Positions 26,548 to 38,409 of a DNA stretch of 64,000 nucleotides are shown piece by piece. The stretch is from Ophelia neglecta (taxonomy: Eukaryota). The notes beneath the pieces were generated by a model. It was not told the DNA's origin and searched no databases. It worked only from the letters and a program-made list of their open reading frames with translations. The position numbers were made by a program, and so were the translations under genes. Each line of letters opens with the position of its first letter. Within the stretch, counting starts at the first letter, position 1. The stretch spans positions 21,142,001-21,206,000 of the forward strand of contig OZ260665.1 of the NCBI GenBank assembly GCA_965285935.1, read 5' to 3'.

Positions 26548-27297
26548 TATATATAATTAGCCGCTTTATTTATATATATATATTTAAGTTTGCTTCATGT
26601 CTAGTTTGTTGACCTTTGATAAAACGCGGCGGTATTATCAGTTCGGCACTTTCCCGTGTCGTCCTAGATTAAGAGCGGTCGGGGAGAACCATATAAACAA
26701 GAAAGGACATCTGCGTTTCACATTTACCATTAAGCTTGGTATCTTAGAGAGCCATGCGCCATGTGATCTGTCTTAAAATGAGGCTTTAATGGGAAAACTC
26801 GCAAAACCAAGAGAATTAGGCTAAAGCGACCATAAATGCAAGACTTTGAGAAGGATTAACAAAAAGGGTTGATGTAGAAGTTGGATTTCCTATATATCTG
26901 TGCGGCAAGATTCAGTCGCAATCTCCCAGTTTAACCACGATACATCTGTCTGTACGTTCCGGCAACATTGAATGTGAGGTCATATACATAGCAGATATCT
27001 ACTAATTCCTATGCACCAAGTATCCAAAACACTGTTTGATTGCTGTCTAGTCTAAGCACATTATTGTCCTATCAATGTCTTTTTCACCACTGGCGACAGA
27101 CCTAACAGAATGTAGGTGAGGGACATAAATGCCCCCATGAAGAGGTTAAATGTGCCCAGGTCTTCGGTGAATACAGGACGATAGGAAATTGTGATTAATG
27201 CCTAAAGTTTTTTCAAACGGCCTAAATTGAGTGTTGTGTGACTCTGTATTAAATGTACGATAAACAAAGCAGCGAATATTGATGTTGTATTCATATA

Positions 27298-27475
27298 CAG
27301 TGAAACCTGTGAATTAAGACCACCCAAGGAACTGAAAAATGGTGGTCTGATTTTGGAGATGGTCTGTTTAGAAAGGTTATTTAACATTGAAAGTATACGT
27401 CATGGTCCTCATATTAGTGGTGTGAATTGGCAGGTGGTCTGATTATAGAGGTGATCTTTAAGGCAGGTTTCACTG
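27298..27475. mobile_element. CAGT/TA MITE, family A
   Basis: ta|cagtgaaacctg ... caggtttcactg|ta, with perfect 12-bp TIRs. Confidence 0.95.
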
Positions 27476-30469
27476 TATATCATACTCACCCACCTAATGG
27501 TTAAGTATATCAATTATTCTTACATTATTCGTTTTCTATTTTAAAATAGTTCTAGGCGCAAAAAGCCAGCGCCATTTAAGCTCTTTAGGACACTAGTTTA
27601 TGGTTATCCATCCTTTGTAATTTAATTGCGATCGAAGACGAAATAAGTGAATAAACAGCGTGGTTTGACTCTCGTCAATTCCATAATTTGCCTTTAGCAA
27701 TTAGCGGCAAAAGACCGTTCAATGCAGGTAGACAGACTGAAATTTGATAATGATAATAATATATATGCTGAAAGGTCATGTTGACAGACATTTATGGTAG
27801 AGACGGATAACCTGTTATTTGCCTTAGAATAGGCCACTGAGGTTGAGCGGAGGAATCGTTTGTCGTCTTGTCACGTTTAACACCAACTGTTGGAACATGG
27901 AATGGAATCCAACAGAGACATCCAGCCCATTAATTAAATGTCAACAAGGAACGCGATACACATTCCTCTGTCCCGGACATCATTGTATCATCCTCATATT
28001 AGGATAAATTCAGTACCCATAGACGCACGATGTGTCTACTTTCAGGCAATGAAATGTATCCTATACTTATGCTGCATTTACTATGTGATCAAACGTTTGG
28101 AAATGCATGAATGCATGATAAATATAATACAATGTCCTGCTATACTGATACCGTTTTTTTGTGCGATATATTTTGTAATTTGGCTTATTGTCATTATAAT
28201 AAGTATTCTAATTAACCTAAAGATGCAGATATAATGCATTTAATGACAAGTGAACCATAAAGCCAAGATTAGTTTATTGGTCCTTAGCTTTTCAGAGGAA
28301 TAAATCATGCGTTAAGGTCAATACTGATAAGTTTATATTGTTATATTATGATATTGAACAATTTAGCACAAACACACAGGACGAAAAGTACAATATTAAC
28401 AAATATTTTTCAAGTGACCAATCCCGTTAAATGATCTGGATGCTTGCACGTGACTTATCGGACAATGTATTACTATTTTAAAACAAAAGTAGTATTAGGT
28501 ACACCTTTGTTGTCACGTTAACAAGTAGATTATTGTCGATCAAGCGTAGTCGAAAAATGCTTCAGGTGGCATGACAACTTGCTTCGGGTTGTTACTGTGT
28601 TAGTGCTAAATCAAGGGTCATCGGTCGAGAATTTTTACAACATAAGAGCAATTAACTATCTCCAGGCAGCCGGTTATTCATTCTCGGAATATTATGACTG
28701 TTTAAGTTTAGACAAATGCGTTTCCTACAAGCCTCTAGGAATACTTTAATCACAAAAATAGCACGATTGGCATGAATTACAAATAAGACACTTTTCACGA
28801 TGGTTTATTACATAATAAGAAATAGTTTCATATTAATAAATTGTATCCACAGACCAAATATCCGAAGTGGGATTACCTAAGCGGATATTTGTCATTGATA
28901 CCTATCTTATTCGAAAGCTTAGATATTGAGCTTGTTTGTGGAACAGCCCTGTGTAGTGGCTATACAATAAGCTTAGTTTCGCTAACGTATTGACGTAGCC
29001 GGCATTATGAGCGACATCTCAAGTGTGAGCCACAGGTGACACAAGCTTAGTGAAACTTTTCAGTCATTAGCCTCGAGGTTCCCGGAAGCACTGTCTGCCT
29101 ACGAATGTCGAATCTCGTAAGCATTAGACGGCGATCCGCATTGATTAACTGACCGCAAACCAGAGAAAGATACAATGGGCATAATAACAAAGATTGTGAA
29201 TAAGACCGACCATTACGATGTGTTAGCCCAATGTAATATAGTGGTATATTCTTATGAAAAGCTTCGGCCTGATTAATTTTTGTCACACGTTCTGCAGAAC
29301 CCTTTACAATTCAGTGACCAACAGAAAAGTAAGTCAACAACACGATCTGCGACATTTTAAGGCACGGCATTAATAGCAAGAGAAGTCGCTTCATATGCGT
29401 GGCACTATATATTCTAAGGAAGTCTTTTCCCCCGTTTTTTGACAGCATAGTTGCACTCGATTCTTACCACTAAACTACTTGGACTTACGTTTGTTTCGTA
29501 TTGTTGTTAATCTTCGGTCCACGATAAAAATGTCCCATTAGCAGTGCGTGAAACGATATATTCTCCTGTTTTGAAAGTTTGAATGCATTCCACATTTCAT
29601 AAGCTACTTCTGACACCGCTATACCCCCCCACCCCCCAAACATCCCCCCAAAATAATTATATTGAGCTCTCGTTCACTTTCTTTTTGGCGAGTACTTAGA
29701 TGGGATCTGTGGTTTTCCGGTCTACGAGAGGATCATGGGAGTGCCGACTTTATTACATGTTCAATTTTTCTAAGAATAACACCCTGGTTTCTGGGCAAAA
29801 AAGAATGTTCTTTTGCACTATAGGCTATAGAATATGAAAATTGCATTGAATTAATAGTGTCAGCTATTTTTCCCCTTCATATCTAAAACATTCTTGCATA
29901 TGCATCATCGGTTAAAGCGAAGAAACATGCGTATCAAAGTAGAATATACAATGTTGAACTTTTGTAAATTACCCAAGCGCTTTCTTTTAATTCCGGTTTG
30001 GGTTAGATACAAAGAGAAATTCATGATTTTATTTACGCAGACAAAGGAATCCTCAGGTAAAGTCATGGATATACCCAGTAAACTTTATCTATTTCTTATT
30101 ACATTCATTAAACGGATTAGAATTCCTGATTATCCAACATACAGAGAAAATTCACATTAAAATGATTGCTTATCAAAAATCGATAAAAATGCTTCATCGT
30201 GTGAATTATACAGTCTACCTGTTAGCGCTTGTGCACAAATAAGCTCTGAAGGTCAAGACGGACTTTTAAGGGAAACACGCACATGTAATATTATCCTTTT
30301 ATTTAATATAACACACGCCTCTGGTTTCATGAAATCTTATACAGGATTCCATTCGCTTAAAAAAGTTAGATTTCAAGCAATTACACTGTCTTATTATAGT
30401 TGCTGGTTTTGTATTACTTGTTCCTCCGAGTCTTGTCATTCGTATATATTCTCATTAGATCCTGATCAA

Positions 30470-30590
30470 TTTTGCGAGAGCTTAACTCAGCTTAGACTCT
30501 CCAAGGGCATATATCATCTGTATACCACTTCGAGCAATGAATCGTTTGTTCATTTGTTCTGACTCGCTTTGAGAACACTGTTGACTACTC
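30470..30590. repeat. Old interspersed repeat, family C
   Basis: 'gagagctta...agactctccaaggg...ctgactcgctttgagaacactgttgactac'. Confidence 0.55.
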
Positions 30591-32610
30591 ATCGATGCTA
30601 TATCAATTTTTATGTTGATTTAACATAATATTTGATATCACTTGGGGAGCATCGTATTTTTCTATAAATGAGGCGAATCAACAAATGTCAAATGAGTACT
30701 CTCGTACGTGTAGGCGGTGGAGGAAAATGATTTTTTTATCCCTTTTAGTCGACTAAAAATCAATTTATCCTAACCCAAGCAAATTTGATTGCTCAATTAA
30801 TATGCAACTGGTTCCCTTTACATAAGCAAATATATTTAGTATTATCAAGAAGATTTGATTTCATTTTCTTTTTTTTATTCAGGGACATTTAACACCCCTT
30901 TTGGTCGTGTGTTTACTAAGACACTTCCTTCTACAGTCTTTTCTGATACATCGCTGAATTTGAATAGCATTTTATTAAAATATTTTAGTATATTTGAAAA
31001 AAAAATTGTCCCGATGTTGACGTGTATGAGAGTTTTATCTGCAGTTACCAGTGTGTCTTTCTGCAGGTTGAAATGGCCGAACATTAAGAAAATTGGCAAG
31101 CACTATGTGTTTATGATTGTTGGTGGCATTAAAGCCGGCCTAAATGGCAAGAACCGTTTAGTGCTTAACTGTCCCTGATGCTGTAGTCTCAAAGATTCCA
31201 CTAGCAATCCAAAGTTCTTATAGACAAACAATGGGATTGTATCCTTGCGCCGCACACCTCCGTCATTGCACTCCATTATATTCCTATTGGTTTGACTGTT
31301 TGGATTAAGTTCAACGAGGGCTTTATGCTTCTGTGCGTCATTCATGCCAATAATCAAGCCGTAGGAGTACCTATACCTTAATCATGGAAAAGCTCCTTAT
31401 TATTGCGACCTCATTAAGTAGTAACTTGGGTATCTGTCAAAATAATCCCATATATAATGCGACTTGTAGTGAGATAAATACTGCTACTTATAACCTGGTT
31501 AGGTAAACAAGTCATCGGGCAGCTGTACAGTGGTTCTGTCTTAGTGAGAGTCTGGAGTGAAGAAATCCCCGAGGAAATTTCGGCTTCGACAATCTCTACT
31601 ATACAAATCCCCGATTCGTATATTTTCCGTCTACTATAAGAATTATAGATGAAACCGATTGGATAATAATACTGATTTAATTTAGATATATGTGTTAGGG
31701 AAACTATAATCCGTTAATTGACAGAGACAGGGACACATATAATTGCGCTATGATATATAGTTCCAGTCAACGCATACTCGTCTTTTCTGTCTGCCTTTAT
31801 CACAAAAAACTCCCTTCGAAATACCCATGACTGATTCTTTCGAACATTCGGTTTGATTGGGAAATAAAATTTACTATCTTACATGCCAAGTTGACCAATG
31901 ATTGATTATAATCTGCATTGAAACCAATATACATACAATATAAAACAAAATGGCCATTTGATGTTACTAAACCTTTTTATTTATTGCCCCTGACTTTTTT
32001 TATGTATTAAATACATTTGGACACCCTGTCAGGACAGTCGTTTTCCCAGAGGTCCAGGTTCACATGAATGTGTACAGCTAAACTACCTCAAACCATTCAT
32101 AAAATAACTATAAGATGCAATAGGTATCTTGATTTTCTTGAAGCAAAATAAACAGTACACAAACAACATTTATGTCTGACGTGTCCTGATTCAGGCATTG
32201 AGGAGTAAGGCAGTTTTGGAGACAGGAAAAGAGGAAATGTTTTGCAATTTGCAATTTGGCCGGCAAACTGTTGCCCAATCATGGACCTTATTACAAAAAA
32301 GATTGCCTATAATACATAATGCGGAGCATATTGTCATATTTAAAAATGATCACGTGTTAATATATAATCACATTCTGGCACAAGAGAAAGACAGGCGCTG
32401 ATTTGTTTTAACATTTAAAAGTCAGCAGGTCTTGAAGTAATCCCTTTGTTTTCGTATAGTATGCATATCTAATTGTTTGGCAACATTCTTCGGTTTTATG
32501 CTGCGATCATGATTGTTAAAAAATTAGCGAGCAACTCTTGTTTCGTAGGCGGAATGGGAATGCCGGTATCCGGCGCTTCGCTGACGGCACAGTGGCAGAA
32601 TAACCCTATA

Positions 32611-32788
32611 CAAGTGAAACCTGGGAATTAAGACCACCAGAGGGACTGAACATTCTGGTCTGATTTTGGAGGTGGTCTGTTTAGACAGGTTATTTAACAT
32701 TGAAAGTAAGCAGCACGGGCCTCATATTAGTGGTATGAATTAACATGTGGTCTGATTATAGAGGTGGTCTTTAAGGCAGGTTTCACTG
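32611..32788. mobile_element. CAGT/TA MITE, family A
   Basis: ta|caagtgaaacctg ... caggtttcactg|ta. Contains the uninterrupted site gaaagTAagcagcacgggcc. Confidence 0.94.
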
Positions 32789-32869
32789 TACTTACCTGGT
32801 CGCTAGCCTTTCTCGGTAAACGGCTACGCCAGACAAACAACATGTAGCACCGGGTGCAGGGACCAATTT

Positions 32870-33020
32870 TTGGGACACTTTCATCATCAGGCTCAATATT
32901 TTGTGAGAGATTAGACCATCGCAGACTCTCCAAGGGAATATTTATCTCTGTCCTTTGTGGCCGTGGCCTCTTTTTTTTGCATTCTGTCCCGCATCGTAGA
33001 AAACTGGTGACTACGTCTCA
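32870..33020. repeat. Old interspersed repeat, family C
   Basis: 'gagagattagaccatcgcagactctccaaggg...tatctctgtcc...ctgtcccgcatcgtagaaaactggtgactac'. Confidence 0.65.
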
Positions 33021-33836
33021 ATGCATGTCATGTCAAATTTATGATTTTATGAATTATTATTAGAATTACAAATTTAATTACTCATTAGGAGCTGAAGATG
33101 AATTCATTAATGTGTGGGGGGCTGTGGATGCTGGTTCCTTATAATTTCGTTCCTATTTAAAAGACATTTCTCGGCTAATGGTTTGGCTTTCTCTGCCATT
33201 AGTGATCGAACGGAACTACGCACTTCTAGGCTAATTGTCACGACCCAGGGCATGATTAAAGGAAAGTTCAGACGGAGCGTTTCCCAGCCATCTCCTTCGA
33301 ATACGAGTATCAATAAAATGGTTAGTTGATGTAAAGTTCCCTTAAGGGCCATGTCCTTAACTTATTTACATTGAGGTTTTATGTGGGTCTGCAGGTGATG
33401 GCGCCGGGTTATTTCCTTACGCATACGACTATTCTCAGGTGATGACTCTCTTTCTGTGCACGGTATCGATCATCGGTTGTCCGTGGCTGCGTTCAACACA
33501 TCCTGCACAATTTTTATAATTCCCTGGAAAATAATTTTGAAATGTGTATGGTTTTTTAAGTATTGCCGTACGTGTTAAGGACAGTGTTTCGGAATTTAAC
33601 CTGTTTTTTATTGATTATTGTTCACTTAGTAGGCATGCCTTCGCCTCCGGACAAACTATTAACTCGAAACCTTGAACCACATGACCTTAATCATGGTGAC
33701 AATTCACCGAAATCAAATTAGTTCTGTGTGTCCGGCTCTCAATCAAGACTGGTATCTGACCATTGGCCTGGAATAAACTTCTCTCGTGGCGTCGTGTGAA
33801 GACGGCTGATATATTTACACCTTGTCAAAGTATGTA

Positions 33837-34177
33837 CCGTGAAAGACCAGAGGGACTGAAAATTCTATCTGATTTCGGAGGTTTTCTGTTTAGACAGGTT
33901 ATCTAATATTGAAAGTACAGTGAAACCTGCCTTAAAGGCCACCTCTATAAGCAGAACACCTGCAAATTCAGACCACTTATAAGACGACCAGGGTATACCC
34001 TTTCAATGTCAAATCACCTGTATAAACAGGCCGCCTCTGTAATCAGACCAGTATTTGTCAGTCCCTTGGGTGGTCTTTATTCACAGGTTTCACTGTAAGC
34101 AGCACGGGCCTCATATTAGTGGTCTGAATTGACAGGTGGTCTGCTTATAGAGATGGTCTTTAAGGCAGGTTTCACTG
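33837..34177. mobile_element. CAGT/TA MITE, family A (outer copy, interrupted by a nested copy)
   Basis: The left part 33837-33917 and right part 34098-34177 join into a copy closely resembling 32611-32788; it ends caggtttcactg|ta. Confidence 0.92.
33918..34095. mobile_element. CAGT/TA MITE, family A (inner nested copy, opposite orientation)
   Basis: TA(33916-17)|cagtgaaacctg ... caggtttcactg|TA(34096-97). Confidence 0.95.
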
Positions 34178-35479
34178 TATTTGAAACGCCTTAAATTATC
34201 AAAAAATAATAGTTTTGTGTTTTCGAAGAGAATGTCAATTCAAGATAAACGAGTAAGTAATCATAAGATGGTATCATATGGTACAAATGTGCTTTATGAA
34301 AACAAGGCAGCATTTTAGATGCTTTTGCGGCTTCTCTAAGTCCACACGGATTGTCTTCCGTAGGAGATAAATACTTTTAGCGGGAGAGGAAACTGTCATA
34401 ATCACAAGAATTGTGCACTTGGTGACACCTTTTTATAATTTGGCATGCTGGTAGGGTAGGCCGTAAGGTTTTCAAAAACCACCGGCTACAAGTTGGCTCA
34501 CACCCCCTGGTGGCCTGTAGCTGCAAAATCCAACATGGCCGGTGTCAGCCATTTTGATAATCTACCTTCTTACATTTATCACGTATATATATTTGTAATA
34601 CATCTATTATGACTAATTTTAGCATGAGGAATTCATTTCTGATGTTGTTTTGTCCATTTTAGGTCAATTTGACCTTGGAAGATCATTGTCAAGGTCATTT
34701 TGCTATTTGTGATCTACACCACGTCATGGAAGTCATTTTCAACTTTAGAAAGACAAAACTCATTTTGGAAAAAAGTGATATAATACATTTCGTTTCTAAT
34801 AACGATGTCTTTAAAACGCCTAAAAATTACCATAATAATAGTTTTGTGATTCTAAAGAGTTTGTCATGCAGGTCCAAAAGACTGTGTGAAAAATTGAACC
34901 ATCTACGCTACATTTGAGTCTCTCAGGGTTATTTATGTAATATAGCTTTTCATGCAAAAAATAGCAAGAATGAAAAAACTAAATGAAAGCAAATAATAAA
35001 AGGGCTTTTAATAAAAACCTTGAGATAATGCCTATTTTGTGTCTGGAATGGATTATCTATGATATTAGCACGGATATCCAGCTGTTAACTTAATGGATTG
35101 AGGATATACTATCGTTGCAGTGATTTATATGACCAAAATGGTCTTCATTGTCATACACCCTATATATTTGTAGGCAATGAGCTAGCAAACAGAATGTTAC
35201 TGCCAAAGAATCAATTTACCTCGATACTATTAGCGATGGAATGGAGATGAGTCTACTGTGAGTGTCTGAGATAATGGCCGTTATTTGAGAAAGAAGACAA
35301 TGAAACACCATACAAAGCGTTTGCCAATCATCCCAATTAGTTAGTTTCTAAAAGACGTGTGGGTATACGGCATCAGACATTTGAGGGAAAATTTGTCCTT
35401 CAGGTGAGAACTTTTTGCAATGATAAAATCATTGAAATTTCACAGTCTGCGCGACTATACTTGCCTGGCCTAAACTATG

Positions 35480-35740
35480 AACATACACCATTGGTATATG
35501 TCTCCTGACCTAAACTTATGTTACAGGGGAAACCATATGCTAATAACCTTTCATTGCAAACGTGTCTTCGTATGTCTGTATGCTGTAACTGGAAACGTGT
35601 CTCATACAAAACCGGTTCTTTAATGATTATCCTGCATCCAGTTCCAAACACGCCCACGGTTTCCAAGAACGGAAAACACTTAGGTCGTTGAATGTTTGCA
35701 GAAACATGCGACAGTGGCAAATTTCATAAAGCCCGAACAC
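35480..35740 (-). pseudogene. Probable decayed pogo/Tigger-type (DDE_1) transposase fragment
   Basis: The minus strand reads, with small indels, H-C-(S-H-V)-L-Q..D-L-S-V-F-R-S-x-K then 'WNWMQDNH'. This resembles the pogo-family 'PHxSHxLQPLDxxVF' third-Asp motif. Confidence 0.45.
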
Positions 35741-35910
35741 ATTAGTCATTTACAATCAAATTGAATATTGAAAACTAGTACATTGAGTAAACACGGGCAC
35801 AAAGGAGATGAATATAAGCATCAATAAGCACAGGAACAATAAGCATTGCATGCTTCAGACTCCCTTTTGTCACTCATTCATTCGATGTCCATACATACTT
35901 GATTGGTCTA

Positions 35911-36089
35911 CAGTAAAACCTGTCTTAAAGACCACCTCTATATTCAGAACACCTGGCCATTCAGACCACTTATTTGAAGACCATAATGCATACTTTCAAT
36001 GTAAAAATAACCTGTCTAAACAGACCAGCCCCGTAATCAGACCAGTATTTTCCAGTCCCTTGGTTGGTCTTAGTTCACAGGTTTCACTG
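35911..36089. mobile_element. CAGT/TA MITE, family A
   Basis: ta|cagtaaaacctg ... caggtttcactg|tt. Confidence 0.92.
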
Positions 36090-36589
36090 TTTATTGTATT
36101 ACGTTGTTAAATGTGTTGACCAAAAACAATGAAATGTAAATATAAATATATATATATATATATTTTCATGTTTTCATATATGCTTTCATATTTACGATAA
36201 CATGTCGCTGGGTAAGATGAATAATTTTCCACTGTTATCTTCTAGAAACATAAGTTAAGTGAATACTCAGCAGTCAAAACAAAATCAATAATCAGGTCAT
36301 TAAACCGGTCCAAACGCGGTCAGAATTCCTTCAGGTGTGGTATGCCATGCGGTGTCTGTCCCTTTGATGATATTAACGGTGACGATGCACATTGTGTTAG
36401 GCCTAATTCCAACACCCCTCCCCTCATATTTATCGCTGTTTTGAATTTGTAGAAAGTATCGAAAATTCGATACTATTGTTGGCAAGAAAGTTTTTTTTTT
36501 GCTGTAGTCCGAAATGAGTATTCATTTCAAAAAGTTGAAAAAAAAACTTTTTGAAACCAACTACCATTTTAGAAATCATACAGGGTGGG

Positions 36590-37200
36590 TTACTGGGTAC
36601 TTTTTAGTAGTGCTGACGTTGTTTCAGTTCAAACATTCCACCCACCTTGGTCAATAACATCTGATCTCATTCCGATATCATTGACTCCAGTGCTGATTTA
36701 ACACTTTAAAACGTGTGATGTTAACTGAATATTTGGATACAATGAGAGACCAATAGTAACCCGAGCCAGGTTTGGAGCAATGAAGGGACTATTTACAACT
36801 GATGCTATAACTGACATAATCAAAGAAATGAAGATGATTGTTGTCACACGTTGTTGTCAGATCTATGCATGTTGTCCATTCTCTGCTAAAAAGATTGTTA
36901 CCCACTCTCCAAAAAGAGGACATGGACTATTATTAATATCTCCAGTAGTAATATAATAGTTTAGTCCCTGAAACACTGTCCACACCACCACTAAGGTACA
37001 AACTGTCGATAAAACATGGCTGGTTAATTCTGGAGTTTTCAATGCTCTTCCACCCTTTGAAGCACTTAAGTAGCAACTACGTGTTGTACAGTCATATCTC
37101 TTTTAAGCCTAGGTTCACACGAAAAGCATTACCTCTGTTGTGTTGAAACCTTATTCGGTTTAACAATGATTAATGGTGACCACATCCGTCACTATCAGCT
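36590..37200 (-). mobile_element. Decayed LINE fragment paralogous to 38410-39800
   Basis: About 36605-36805 aligns with about 38625-38822 (ctgacgttgttt...tccacccacc...cgatatca.t.actccagt...cccgagc). The extension beyond this block is tentative. Confidence 0.5.
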
Positions 37201-38409
37201 AGGGCTCTATTTTTTCTCCAAACTGGGAAATCGTACAACACGCCCGCTGAAAGAATGACAGAGGCTGATTAGACGTGTACCCACGAAGGAACCAGGGATG
37301 ACTGTAGTTTAAAGGCTAACCAAAAAACATTTCAGTGATCATAAAATTAATCTTCCTTCACAACGGCAGAAGCAGTTGATGTATGAGGGTCTGTGATCCA
37401 TGCATGGAGAAAGAAACGTTAGACACAATATTAATTGGCTGCTACGTGGGTTAAAAACTGATTGAAAAGGCAGTGTGACAGAAACGTCAATTGAAAAATC
37501 GACAATTGAATAAGAACGACACTCTGAATAAAAAGTGGCACTTTGACATGTTTGCCAACTTAGAAACCATATGATGCGACAAGTCTTCTACATTAGCGAA
37601 AGTGTATTTTTCGGAGGCCCATGCACAGGCGTAGGGGCCCACAATCTTTTGACTTAGAACCAGTTATTAATATTTCGGAAATATAATCCCCTTCGTGCAC
37701 CTCTGTAATATTGGTTACATCAACAGAACATGATTAACCTCATTGTCTGATTAGATTCCAAACTCTATTGAAATATATTTTACTGACTTCGCTCTTGACA
37801 AAATCTATTGCAGGAGCACCTGGCAACTGTAATCGTGTAGGCTAATATTATAGACAAACTCGAAAGTAAAATACCTTACCAATACAATACCCTGAATATA
37901 AATATAATTGATAACAAGTGCATGACAGATCAAATATTAATTGTCCACGTGTTTGCTGGTAGACGGCAATGGAAAGGTGAAAATATTTCTTAGTTGCCAT
38001 ATCAATAAAATGAAGTATTGAGATGATCAGTACACTTCCAATAGGGTCGTATTGTAGTTACGTCTCGAAGAATCTTTACCCATGAACTCAAATACAAAAT
38101 TTGTGACTGATAAACCATGGCTGCAGAGACGGACATATTTATCAACAAACAGAAACAATTTGTTCATTACGCAAATTCAATTCCCTCCGGAATAATGTCA
38201 ATAGAATGCAGAAAGTGTTAATACCTACTTATTACTCATCAAAATTAAGCACCGGAAGTCGGTAATTCATCGCCAATTGAGCAAAACCTGGATAGAGCTC
38301 GATAACAATGAGAGTTCTGATATGGAAAGTATGGCCAATGATCTGTTTGGTGGCAGCATAAGCTAACTGATGCCATAAACAACTTTTATTAGTCTGTCAG
38401 TGTTAAGTT

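Noticed and set aside
30875-31357. Possible Crypton-like remnant ('AGFNATNNH...HTG')
   Set aside because: The resemblance is faint, needs several frameshifts, and the catalytic residues are not identifiable.
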